A stretch of DNA of 64,000 nt from Tubulanus polymorphus (lineage: Eukaryota; Animalia; Nemertea), in assembly GCF_964204645.1 (NCBI RefSeq), contig NC_134031.1, positions 17,285,807 to 17,349,806 of the forward strand, written 5' to 3'. The position numbers and the translations under genes are program-made. Shown piece after piece: positions 37,141-50,451 of this stretch. How positions within the stretch are numbered: the stretch's first letter is position 1; each line of letters opens with the position of its first letter. The notes under the pieces are model-generated. The model searched no databases. It was not told the DNA's origin and saw nothing but the letters and a program-made list of their open reading frames with translations.

Positions 37141-38790
37141 TTCCACACGCTACTAACAGCAAACGTATATTCCGATAGTCTAGATGAAACCAAGTGTTAG
37201 TAATCCAAGTCAGCTATACTTGACGACAAGAACGAATACTTTTTACTGCGAACAATATGTATAAAAACTATAAAACACTTGGAGTATCTAAAGTGTACAG
37301 AATCTCGTGTGACAGCTCCTTCAGGTAATAGTTCGCTGTACGAATCGGAGAGCTATTTCCCGGCGAAATCCTGCTCTACTAAATTATTGACAACATTTAT
37401 TGGACGACGTTTACCACTCAATCAACGACGCTGGGATGCCATTAGAGCTGCGCTATACGCACGTGTTAGTGTATCCTGAGCTAACTGCAAATAATCGTAA
37501 ATGGCGAGTTCGAGTCGACACGAAAATGACAAACCATTAAAAGCTTTTTAATTCGTGACATGTAACACGGTATACTGTAGCGAACTATTGTCTAAAACGA
37601 ACTGAAACCTACACGTACCGCCAAATATATCGGAATCAAAGTCTTACCATTCGAGAAATCTCACGACTTACAGCAGCGTCGTTATCCTACGTCAACTGCA
37701 GCTATACCGTCTGCGATCTGAAAAAATTTGCTCGAAATAGAATGACAACGCTAACTCGCAAACATTTCAAAGCACTGAAGTTTAGATTATACACGAATCG
37801 AACACTGATAAGCCGTAATCGATACGCTTAAAAACTATCGGCGTTAATCGATACGTTTCGAAACTTTCAATCGTTCATAAATAATTCGTCGTTATCACAA
37901 CAGTTCACCGCAAATCGAATATATCGCGGTCCAATAATGCAAAGAGCTAAATTGATACGGGCCAATAAACTAAAGACATCCCTCATACTCCGGCGGTTAC
38001 CACTACATCGTTCTGACACGCTCAATTCGTCAAGAACATCAGTTATGTACTGGTAGTATTCATCATGGAAGTTCCCCCGGAGAGTTGCGGAATCGATATT
38101 CTCGTTTCACTATGGAGACACGGTCGGTTCACAGCGATAAACCACATTATATCGGATATCATTTATTTCTGCCCCGAATCCTGAATAAATGATAATACAT
38201 ACTACACCGATCGGCAGACGACAGACACGATGGGAAATTGTAGAGGGAGCAACGGGCGACTTATAGGGGTCTAATCAATTTGATCGGATACATTACTGAT
38301 TGCACAGCGATTATGCAAGTGACTGTCATGTAGTTGAATTCTGTTTAGGTAAAAGAAGTTAGATTTTTTTCGTTTATGAAGAGTAAAACACTAAAAACAT
38401 TAGACATTTTTTTAATAACGAAAAGCCATTTATTGATGATAGTTTCTCTGATGATTGGTTTATTACGACATTTTATTGAAATGATTGCGCGCCTATACAT
38501 ACATACATACACAAAATACATAAATATATATATATATATATAGGTCTATAGATTAAATAACATATATCACAGCAATGCTAACAAAACATAATTCATAGTT
38601 CGACGAACAGGAACATCGACACGACACCCAGGGTAACATATCTGGCCACGGAACGACGTCGCGGTGCCCACAGAAATTTCGTTCAATTTACCGATCAATA
38701 CAAATGAGAAAGAATTCGCCCATCTCGTCTGTATAGTATGCAAAAATTCGTAATTTCTGTATACATTTATGCGTTAGATATTGTGTCAAA

Positions 38791-41700
38791 TTATACACCC
38801 CAATCCGGGTGTATGGTAAAATGTCGAGAAATAATTTTCTGTGGATTGGTATAATGGGAGCTTGTGTTCTGTACATTCGCAGTTTTGTATTTGGGTAGGT
38901 GGTGCCATGTAGTATACATATCCCTGTTCTTTTTATCGTTTGGTGACACCAACTGAATGTTGCGGAACACTCTAGCGCCACCTTGCGGCTTCTCACGTTT
39001 CGATTTTGGTTGACTGACGCCGTTCGGTTTTCCGCTGAAAAGTCCAACATATTCTAGGATTATTAATCAGCGTTAAAGTCGAAAAAACTACCACAGAAAC
39101 ACCACTTTTTGCACGGATGAAATATTTCAAAATTCGGAATTTCGGTGTTTTTGAAAACTGGAGAAATTCTTACTTTTCGAGGGCTTCCAGAACCTCTTGA
39201 AGTCTTTGTTTCTTCACTTCCGTATCAATGCCCAAGAACTGAACTCCGCCAAGGGATGTGAAAAATTTCAAAGCGACATCCCGATCTAGAGAGGATAATC
39301 AGAATGGTTGAAATATCGCGTCAAAATATATGATTAAACATACGATTTAGCGGAATTCGTTATTTTACCTTCTTCGCTGGCATCTTCAAGCCACTTGCTG
39401 ACGGTTTGTTTAGCATCCGGTAAGACTGTCTTACCGAGAGCTTGATCGTAATTTTCTCCACGAGCCGCTGCCAACAGCGCCTTCTCGATTACTCTTCTTT
39501 CGCAGCTAGAAGCATTCTTCAGCATGTTTTCCGCTGTTTGCCACATGGCGGGATTAATTACACGACGAATCACCTGAAAACCGACACAAAAATTACATTT
39601 TCAATTTTGTCACAGTTTGAAAATAAGAAAAGAAGAAATCATATTCTATACCTCTTTCTTCTTGTCGTCGAGTAATGAATCTTTCCTCGGAGAAGTCGGT
39701 TTCAATTTCGTGCTTTCTCGACTGGCATTCTTCCGCGGTGAAGTGGGTTTGATGGGACTGCTTGGCTTGACCGGCGACTGAGGTTTCTCAGGCGAGGCGG
39801 GCTTCGAGTTATGTATATCGGGCACTGTCAAAAATAGGTTTATTCTGAACAAAATGTTTTCTATATTCTACGGTGGAAGCGCAAGAGTTTTTGTGCATAT
39901 ACTTACGTTGGCTTTTCTGGCTCATCGCCGTGCTTGGTTTAACTGCGATTTCTTTTTCTAATTGAATGTAATAAAATGATTTTAAAAGAATAAAACGAAC
40001 AATCTATTTTAGTGAATAGTTAAATGTCTAAATATATATAGATAGACAAGATAGGTAGATAGATAATTTTATTTTCAACAACAAAAAATATTTGTATTGA
40101 CAAAAGCAGTTTCAATGGTTAGTGCACGGTATCGATGTAAGTGTTGTAAGTAACACATTAAGGGGATTTAATAGCAGCAGCAGCTGCTGCACCAGCAGGG
40201 GCCAGTTTCACAATACCTTTCGGCGGTTCGGGAATCGGTTCCTGGTCATCTACGAGTCTGGACGGAACCTTCCAGTTCATAAACATCTGTAAAAGAGGAA
40301 GTTTAAAATGTTCAATGTTTTGACGTTGAGCTTCCTATAACTCTTTATCTTCAATACGTGTGAAATAGCGTTCGGATAATTCGTCGACGAACACTTTTCC
40401 AATTTAATTCGCATTGGTTTTTCCAGCCCATAAACGATTTTAGCTAATGAGGCAATGAGATGGTATAAACTCTAGTCTGGTCGTCCTGGTGACGAGAGAA
40501 GTAATTCAATATTGCATAAGCGGTTATACAGACATCAGACAGACCATACTCGATGGATATCAATATTTGAATCTACAAAAATATCCAAGGTAGATTTATG
40601 ATTGAACTGGCTGACGCATAGATTCAAATTAACGCATTTCTCTCATTTCTTTTTTACAGGTATTAATCAAACGATTTCGAAGTCAGTCCGGATGCACATT
40701 TCACTTCTATGCGCTCACGGCATGAATAATAAATCTTTCGCTAAAAATCAACATGGCGTGCGTAGATGCAATAAATTATCATATCAGTTTTTAAATCATT
40801 AATGATCTCAGGCGCTAATAGTCGTTTGTCCCGCGATCTAACAGCGAAAATATCGAGTACACGAAATACTTACAATACGTATATATGTCACACATGAATC
40901 ACTGCTTATGAAATATACATATATCTACATTCGATTCTGACTTCTTACCTTCGGTCTAGGACTTGAAGCATACATCTTTGAGCAGATATCTGGTATCTAT
41001 TTTGATTTTTGACCGCGACAGTGCGCACATATATGTTTGATATAGTTAGTATAGCGGCCTCTAATGTATATAATGTTATGAACCTGTTACTGGGGGCATT
41101 ATGAATTGAAGCGAGACCTGTACGGTTTAACGCCGCACAGTGGAACCTGTTACTCGCTTAGAATTTACTTAAGCGCATATCAGTGATTAAATCAAAGCTT
41201 TCGGACTGATTTTCTGCAATTAATTGTTTGTATATTGCCTAACATTACAGTGTATTACAATCTTTTGCTACAATACAAATCCTCGTTCCTTGAAATCGGT
41301 TTTATTTTCGCAAAGCTTAGTTCGAGCGAAGAATTTTCTTGACGAAACTTGCTGTTGATAAAGTATAGCTGTATTCAATTTCATTCAGAAAAATCTGATT
41401 AATTCATTTGGACGTAGAATTGAAAACTATAATCGCCCTGCCTTGTGTATAGCACCGTAGACAGTACGTGATTAGCTGGAAATTTTTTCCTGGCAGTTTT
41501 GAGCGCGTACAAAAACTGGGTTCGAAAACGCATAAAATGATTAATGATATGAATCATTAATCACAGATTTTACAACTGAAATGATGAATGAGTCTACCAA
41601 AACATAACTGCGGTCTTTTAACGAGAAATATTAAAAGTCTACCTTTAGATTTCGACCTATGTTTTCCAGACGCGTATAGTGTGAATAAATCTTTATACTA

Positions 41701-42931
41701 CCAGAGCATCGGCACGTTTTCGATACCAAAAATATTTCTTTTTTTTTGTTTTTATTAGTTTCTCAGCAACGGACCGAATAGTATCAAATCTACCTATAAA
41801 AATTACACTTTCTTGTTATACTTTCTTGTTTCCCAATTCCCTGACGATTCCCCGAAAAGAAAAAAACTATCTACCAAGGCGGTTCACATTGCAGCATTTA
41901 CGGCATTCGAATTACCTTTTATCATAGCACTGCATGTTATCTATTGAACGTCATTGTGCGTCTTGTTTCAACAACTACAATAAACCTTTGATTGCGATAT
42001 TAAGATTTTTGAAACGATTTTTTACGATCATAGATTTTGCGCAAATCGGTATTTCCAGTCCGGGTTGTCTGAGTATATTTATATCGTAACTTTGTTCGAC
42101 CTGCAAATCGGTTTATTTGTCTATGACTCTAGTGGTTATTCAGAATATAACGGAATAAAAATACGTTATTTGAATATTTTGGGGGTGATTCAAGTGTATG
42201 TACGGAATGACGCGTTATTATCTTTCTGTTATGTAGAAAAATTGAAAAAAATGATTTATCAAAGTACAAACTATTTTTCGTAAAAGAATTTTCTGTTAGA
42301 AATGGAGTAAGAAAATAACAATGAAAAGTATCGACGACATCAAAAAATATGTGAGAATGGAAAATGAAATACGTGGGAAAGGAATTGAGTTGAAATAACT
42401 CACCGCGTAATTTTGTTGTGATTGGAAATATAGTGATTAGAAACAGGAAAGTTATTTGTTATTTGAATGTAACTCTGCGAAAATTGTATCTTGATTGCTT
42501 TTTATTTACGTATTTTATCATATCATCTCGGTCATAATCGGGCTTACCTTTGGACGAACTCTTGAAGCCATCGGGTCAGATAGCAAACGACGCATATGTT
42601 TAATTCGTTCTTGGGCCTCTTCCGCATCGGACCGACTTGTTTTGGCCACGATCGTCGGAACTCCTCGATACAAATCGGACCTATCCCAATACCGGCTGTT
42701 AAAATCCACCTCGTACAGACTCAGGTACTTTTTCGGTAGCCCGTTTCGGGCGTAGTAGTCGTCCCGACTTTTAGCGCTTCTCGGAATCAGACCCGTGCTG
42801 TCCATGTTGATAAGTCTCCATTCACGGGCGATCGTGTTCCCGGCGGCGTCTCCGAATTTCGGAAATTTTACCTGCTTCGGCGGCTTCATAGTTTTCGTCA
42901 AGTCTTTCGCTGTTATCACATCGGTCGTCAT
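38791..42931 (-). CDS. Uncharacterised ~428-aa protein, 8 exons
   Basis: Exons 42931-42548, 40996-40949 (weak acceptor), 40286-40217, 39957-39907, 39824-39652, 39573-39369, 39285-39174 and 39034-38791. All introns GT-AG with matching phases; ends TWHHLPKY...RHFTIHPDWGV*. Confidence 0.8.
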
Positions 42932-44340
42932 GATGACACTTCAATAAGAATCGCAGACGAGGTTTTAACTAATAGCTTCTAGTCTGATAGACCGCTTACT
43001 GAGCTGTCTGCTACTGATCAGCAAAACGGCTTTTATTTTATCAATGTTGCGTGAACGAATCAGAAATTCAGACGTACATATGTGTATTACGACGACGTGT
43101 TACTCACGGCCACAACTAGTCCTCATTAACGATTATTATACAGATTTAATCCTCTCTTGAAAGACGGGACGGGAGAAAATGATTTTTCGCGTTTAGTCTC
43201 TTAGGTTTGTTAGGAAAAAAATCAACACACTATAAATCGGTACGTATTTGTAGGTTTATTCGGACCTTTGAAAGTCTTCAAGCGTGATGGCTCCGGGTGA
43301 CCGACCGTCATACATAGTCATTAATAAGATTAACCTTTCATGGCTTAATAAATAGTTATAATTAAGGCAAACAGAATACCGTACGATAAGGGGTTTATGC
43401 ATACACACCCCCGGGGACACAGCTTGCCCGTTAACAGTGCAGCGATCTACCCAGATATCAATCCCAGCTTTATCAAAACCGACTATAAGATCTTTGATTT
43501 ACTTGAAAAGCAACAAACAGGGAAAAATTTGATCGTCTTTCGTAAGACAATAAGACTTGATTAATGTAATACACCTGTATGCACAGTACATTTTCAATTA
43601 GAGCTCATGGGCATAAAATCACCGCAGACTTTGGGAAACATTATGTTTTGCTGTATATTTGCTATAAAACTCATGGGCAAAATATTTATGATTTGATTAT
43701 CATCGTTAATCCGTTGATTATGTTCAGTCATATAAACGGAATTAACACAAAAACTACGGTCACGGTGAACACACTGCGACCACCGACCGGTTAGTTGCCG
43801 TAGGCATTGGTGTTCAGCAGAGACATATCTCCGTAGATATAAGCAATAATAATAAATAAGAAAAAGTACTTGTTTTTATTTACCGCCATATAATCTGTTT
43901 GAACAGTAAGCAATAGTTGAAAACATAATATGATAAATACATGATTTTGTTAATAGTTTAGCAATGCATTGGTCGAAACATAGAGCTTTAGTAATGTTTA
44001 TTCAGGCAATATATACAATTGAATTAAGTTGCAAAAGGAAATGGAAACGAAGAACTATTTACATTATGGATTGCAGTGCCTCCAAGAACTTACTGTTTGT
44101 TTGCGCCAACAAAACAAGAAATTGTTATTTCTAGCTGCAAGAAAAAGAACTTTTTCGCACGCTGTGGCTCATCAGCCACTACAGCATCGACATTTAAGAC
44201 GCTTAAAAGTCAACGTAATTCAAGTTAATTCGTTTATTATCCCTTATCCCTTCAACAAAGAATCGCCAACAAAATCCGAGTTCGCTGAACTGATCGAGCA
44301 TTTTCATTGAAAGCAGATTTGGAGTTCCAAATGATACGCA

Positions 44341-46420
44341 TTAATATCCTCCAGGAAGTGTTGGAGTAACAGCCTCTTTTAGTTGATCTCCGCTTTGTTC
44401 AAAGTCTGTACTTGAAGCACGCGATCCGTACGAGGAGGTCCCACCGTATTTCTTCGGGCGATCTTGATCGAAATCCAGACTAGAAGCTCGAGACCCGTAC
44501 GATGGGTATTTCTTCGGCCTGTCCTCCCTAGCTCTGAGGTTTCCACGTTCGTTACTGAACCAAATTCCATACGCGAAATATAGTAGCAGACCTAAATGTA
44601 AATAAGATACAAACGGTGAGCTACGAACATTTCATTTGAATCAGTCTCCAATCTAATCGTGGACTTACCAAATACCATCCATACACAAAATCGTATCCAA
44701 GCGCTAGAAGAAAGTTGTAACAACAAAACCACGTTCAACAGCATACTGAGTACCGGTAGAAATGGTACAAACGGCATCTGAAATAAGAATGACAATACAT
44801 GTAAAAAGGGTTCGGGGATTTCGATGGTACTGCGCATTTGTGTGTTTACCGTACCTGGAAAGTTAGGGATGAACTCGATCGGTGGTGCATCAGGATGATA
44901 CCGTAGAGGACAAGAATGAGGAATAGGAAAATAGCCAATAGAAGGAACAGCCACCAATTCGTCCAGTATTCACCGTAACGTATCAACAGCCCGATACCAA
45001 TCATCGGTAAGAGCATCAGGACACAGCACACTCCAACCAAACGTCCAGCACGAAATCTTTTGAGTCCAGGAATGCGGCTGAATTGGGGTTTTAGCTTGCC
45101 AACCTTCAAAGTGGGGTTGATCAGTTCCCGTGAGTCGTCGTCTCGTGGGTCGAGAAGGTAGCTATCGGGCTGGTCGGTAATGTATCGTAATACAATTAGG
45201 CACGCGGAGATCGTCGTAATTGCTACCAACGTACCAATAGACACGAACTCCGCAAGCGTAGAAACATCCATGATACAGGCCAAAACAGCAGCAACAAAGC
45301 TAAGGACGACTACGGCAAGGATAGGTGTCTGGGTGCTGGTGTTGACGTTGGCCATGAATTTAAAGAGCAACCCATCGCGAGACATAGCAAAGGCCGTTCT
45401 TGAAACCGAATAGATATTGCCCAAACATGTTCCTGTAATCGCCACCAGGGCAGCCACGTTGGATACGATCGATGCCCACTCCATGTCAAGTCGTTGGAAA
45501 GCTACGGCAAAGGCGGCGTTTGGGTCGACCAAGTAAAAAGGTGATAAGAAAGACAAGGCGAGAGACATCGCTACGTAAAGGATCGTAACAAACACCATGG
45601 CCGATATGTTGGCAAAGGGTAATGTCGTGGAAGGTTCGTTGGTTTCTTCAGCCGCTATGGTAATAGCGTCATAGCCGTAGAAAGCGTAGATCAGCATAGC
45701 GGTTCCTCCGAACAGGCCTTGTGCTCCAAACGGGACGTACCCACCACGTTCGGTGTTGCGGACATTCTCAACATCCGCATGCAATGCAGAAGCTACAATA
45801 ATCACGATGGCCAGAGCCGTATTGCAAACCGCTATGAAAGCAGTGATACCGACCGTCTCCCGGACTCCGAGTACGACCACGATCGCCAATAAGATTACAA
45901 TACCCATGGCAAGAAAATCCGGATATTCTTTTTCTCCGGCCAAGTAGAAAAATCCGGTCGCATTTTCTGTGGCATTGCTGAGCCATCCGCCGGTCAGAAG
46001 ATTCACAGTAGCGCTCCATGTTCGTGCCGCCACGGCAGTAGTTATGCAATGCTCCAGCAGAATATTCCAACCGATCACGAAAGCTAAGAATTCACCTACT
46101 GTCACGTAGGCGAACGTAAATGATGACCCGGATTTAGGCACCCGAGCCCCGAACTCGGCGTAAACAAGCGCCGATATCATGGATACTGCGCCGGCCATTA
46201 AGTAGGCCAGTGGTGCAGCCGGGCCAGCTTTTGCTCGTACGACTTCTCCCGTTAACACGTATATCCCAGCACCGGTCATTTGACCAATACCAAAAAGGAT
46301 CAACCACGGTGTTGAGATGCATCTTCTCAGTTCAGTCTTCAGGATGTCGTCATCTTCTAGAGTTTTCGTCCGAGTTAGTTTCTCCCAGAATTCAATCGGA
46401 GTGCAACACCTCCCCTTCAT
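44341..46420 (-). CDS. Slc7a: Cationic amino acid transporter (SLC7A1-4/A14-like, APC superfamily), ~641 aa, 3 coding exons
   Basis: Exons 46420-44855, 44777-44669 and 44591-44341. Motifs GAGIYVLTG, YAEFGARVPKSGS, GEFLAFVIGWN, AFYGYD, AEET, AMSRDGLLF, SIGTL, PFVPFLP, WIRF, YFAYG. Confidence 0.95.
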
Positions 46421-47685
46421 TGCGGCTCACCGATTTTCTGCTGCTGAAAGATTTTAACGTTCTTTCAAAATTCAAATAAGACAAAATATTCCATAATGCT
46501 CTTCGTTACTTCAACCAGGAATACCAGGATATGCAATTTGGAAAAAATCAACAGGTGGTTCTTTTGTCCGACTTTGTGCTAATTGCATAGATTTTTGCTA
46601 GAAGAATTCCAATACGGAAATCGATGGTACTTTAAAGGGCGTTGTAATTTAATCATTATAATGCATATACCTTATCTCAAATGGGCTATTGTCCTTTCGA
46701 AGAAGGGACAACCCTATTTCGACGTTTTCTTAAACCAATCTATCTATTATTTCCTTTGTCTAAGTCAATCGACGGATGAGAAATCTAAAAGACGAATAAA
46801 TTCTTTTGAAACTAAGAAATGGAATTGAGATTAAAAGAAAGTTAAACATTCTTTTGCCAAATTAATGTTTCGTGTTTAGTAAAAGTGTCGCAATGTTCAA
46901 GAAACATGAATAAGTCAAATCGAATGAAACAGACGGCTATGGTCATAATGATTATATCATTTATCGACGATTAAATAAGCAACAAAAACTTACCCGCACC
47001 GATATCCATCTTTAACAGGATCAGACAAACGTAGATGAATTAGATGATGAGAAAGTGTATCAAATTACAAAAAAGCTAAACTTACTATATATATCTATAC
47101 GTTATAAGCCACCGAGGTACCTAAGTTGGTACGCTTCCCGAACGTGTCTCCAACAGAGTCTGAATTGGCCAAAACAGCTGCCGTTAACCACAATTAATTA
47201 ATTGCAAGGATGAGAAATTATCGTTGATCGATGGAATTTATTTTGGTGACAAATGTTTGACGCATTCTATATCCATGCAGGATGTATGATGTAGGATGTT
47301 ACTTGTAACGCTAACACATCGCGCATTGATTGGTGTGAAAATTTTATCCGTGCAAATCTTTTTGTGGAAAAAGATATCAATCTGTAGATCTTTCCCACAA
47401 TCGAAGACTTGGTGAGATGTGATTAAACTTTTTGTTATCAACTTATAGGTTTGAGCACCATTGAGAAGATTTCATTTCCTAGTTGGGCTAATGATACGAA
47501 AATCAATGGGGCCCTTGAAATTATACCTAGAAATACAACTATTTTGTTCTGGAAAAACTGGAAGAGATAAATGAAAACAAAGAACCAAAGACAAAATTAA
47601 TTTCGATCAATTATTGCGAAAATATACTTTCCAATAAAAGTAACTTTTGTTCCATATATAAGTGATGATTTACAAACATTTTGTT

Positions 47686-47822
47686 TATATTGTATGGTAT
47701 TCGTTTCATAGTTCGATATCATTTTGTAATGCATGTACCAGTAAATGTTTAAGTTTATATTGTATGGGTTTCGTTTCATAGTTCGATATCATTTTGTAAT
47801 GCATGTGCCAGTAAATGTTTAA
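47686..47822. repeat. 70-bp tandem duplication in the SLC7/Prdx6 intergenic region
   Basis: TCGTTTCATAGTTCGATATCATTTTGTAATGCATGT.CCAGTAAATGTTTAA at 47701 and 47771. Confidence 0.9.
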
Positions 47823-47895
47823 AGGTATTCCGATAGCCAATGTGCGCATCTTTGAACCGCGATGCCATCTATATCATTGTAGAAATTCCAAAAGC

Positions 47896-47930
47896 TGACG
47901 TCATGCAATTGACGTCGTTCAATGTATAAA
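47896..47930 (+). promoter_or_regulatory. Prdx6 proximal promoter: CRE and TATA box
   Basis: TGACGTCA 47896-47903, TGACGTCG 47910-47917, TATAAA 47925-47930, about 60 bp before the ATG. Confidence 0.6.
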
Positions 47931-47986
47931 GAGCCTGACGCGAGCCACTAGTCGTGTCACACTATCACTGACGGTATACCGGCATA

Positions 47987-50451
47987 ATGGCGAAGCTAGG
48001 AGAAGTGTTCCCCAATATCAAAGCTGAAACCACCGAAGGTGCAATTGAACTCCACGATTGGATCGGACCTTCGTAAGTAGCCTACGTACATGTCCCAGTG
48101 CCCTATATGGTTTCTTTTAGCATTTAACAATTTTTAAGAACATGGATCATATCTATCGATTTGTACAGTGCACGTTCTCTAGCTGGTATAGACTATATAC
48201 GATAGTGTACAAGAGAACTCGACAGTCGTGAGAGATTCATAAATAAACACTGTGCAGATGTTCTCTGTAAATTGCATAAAAACTATAAACTAATAACTAA
48301 TTCTGTATAGGCTTACGTATCATTGTAAGCCTTTATCTAATTTTGCAAGGACTCACAATGCGAATCGAATTCTTATTTTCACAGTTGATTGTCAAATGTT
48401 CAATTAATTATCGTTTTATTCGAAAGCATTACCTGCTTCGTAAGAATGTCTTCGACTTTTGAGATGACTATAAAAAAACATATTTGAAACGTATCATTCT
48501 TTAGATGGGCAATACTGTTTTCACATCCTGCTGACTACACGCCTGTCTGCACCACTGAGCTGGCCCGAGTCGTGCAACTACTACCCGAATTTCAGAAGCG
48601 TAACGTTAAAGTCATTGCTTTGTCATGTGATAGCGTTGATTCGCATCATGGATGGTCGAAGGTAAAACTGTGGTGCATGTACTGTGATTATTTGATTTTA
48701 TTCTAGAAATAAATTATGTATTTTGCATGTTGAAGGAAGTTGTTGATATATGTATTTACATTTTCTCTTCTTTGAATCAATAAATATATTCATAATATGT
48801 CATTTTATCGTTATATAATTTTTCAAAAGAATAAAGTTTCAGAGTCAATTGTTCATTCTTTCTGATTGAAGGATGTGATCGATTATGCCGGAAAGTCTGG
48901 GTCCACCTTGCCCTACCCTATTATCGCCGATGCCGATCGAAGTATCGTTACACAACTTGGAATGCTTGACCCCGATGAGAAAGATTCTAAGGGTCTACCA
49001 TTACCAGCCCGATGCGTAAGTCGGATAAACATATGTGCATTATATATACTTCTTGAATATGCATTTTAACTCCTTGAATACGTAGCCTACATTTATTTTA
49101 ATATCAACAGGTTTACGTTATTGGGCCAGACAAAAGATTGAAACTAAGTATTTTGTATCCAGCAACGACAGGCAGAAATTTCAAGTAAGTCGTTGGAAAC
49201 CGGTATATACTGAAAAGGTCACAAAGAGCTAAACTACTTTCTGGTTTAGATAGCGTTTTACATTGTATTATTTTTGTATTACTTTGACATTTATGTTTTT
49301 TCCAGAGCTTTCATTTCATGTTTTCACTCATATCATCGTGCATAAACACTTAATATTTTCCCGATGACTTCTGCGCACCCTTCTTCAAACTGTCCCTTAT
49401 CAATAACGATAAGATAATATTGCGTCAAGTGTATATGTCTGAAATCTGGCATTACGTATGACCTCTTGGGGTTATTATTTTGAGAAATTTTAAGTTCACT
49501 AAAAACCAAACCAAAGAACCTGGGCCCGGTTCCATAGTCACGGCTTAGACTTAAGATCAGTCTAAAACCGTTTTAGTTCTATAGTTAATCTCGTAACTTG
49601 AGACCCGTCTTAAGATTCAAGACCACTTTCCGACTTTAGTAAGTCTCAATTATGGAACTGACCCCGGGGGCTGGTTGCACGCCATGACTTAAGTACAAAA
49701 GTGGTCTTAAATCTTAAGACTGGTCTTAAGTTGTTAGATTGGCTATATAGGTAGAACTAAGTTGGTCTTGTACTGGACTTAAGCTTAGACTGATCTCAAC
49801 TGGCCCCAGGACTCGAATAGCTGTGCATTCATTCTAGTTACGCACTGTAGCAGAGACCTTCAGGTTCCCGAACTTCGGGTCTCCGCTGAAGAAGGACGAT
49901 GCATTGATTATATTGGGTACAGTCACCACTTGGCTTGGTCCAAAGTTGTTACAGCCTGTGGGCTCTGTGACTGCACCCTCACTTATCGCTGTAAAAACTC
50001 TGCATTTATATTGATCACTTCATTATCTTTAAGTGAAAGAATAAAAATGATTATCATTTTGTTATATCAGGGCGATCTCTACCTTTCCCTCGTCGCAAAA
50101 GTTAACAGTGATGATTCTCACTGAAATATTTCAATCGGTGTGACTTATTTAATTTTCCAGTGAGATACTGAGGGTCATAGATTCGCTACAGTTAACCGCT
50201 ACCAAGAAAGTAGCGACCCCCGTTGACTGGAAGGTAAACTTAATTGAGTTTAGAATGATTTCCAGTCGATCAGACATTAAACCAATCATTATTTATCGAT
50301 GTATTTCGTGTGTCTATTCCAGCAAGGGGACAAATGTATGGTGCTGCCGACTATCACTGGTGAAGAGGCGAAAGAACTCTTCCCTGAAATGAAAACGAAA
50401 GCGTTGCCGTCCGGAAAAGAATACCTGCGCATGACCCCTTGCCCGAAATGA
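47987..50451 (+). CDS. Prdx6: 1-Cys peroxiredoxin (peroxiredoxin 6), 220 aa, 6 exons
   Basis: Exons 47987-48072, 48505-48661, 48872-49015, 49111-49184, 50161-50233 and 50323-50451 (663 nt). Motifs [47 protein letters not shown]. Confidence 0.98.
49522..49807. mobile_element. Two adjacent, inversely oriented ~140-bp MITEs (PIF/Harbinger-like TIRs) in Prdx6 intron 4
   Basis: GGGCCCGGTTCCATA...TATGGAACTGACCCC (49522-49665) and GGGGCTGGTTG...CAACTGGCCCC (49667-49807); the interiors are reverse-complementary homologues. Confidence 0.7.

Noticed and set aside
38688-39050. 120-aa ORF from the track
   Set aside because: Wrong frame; intron phase selects the overlapping frame ending at 38791.
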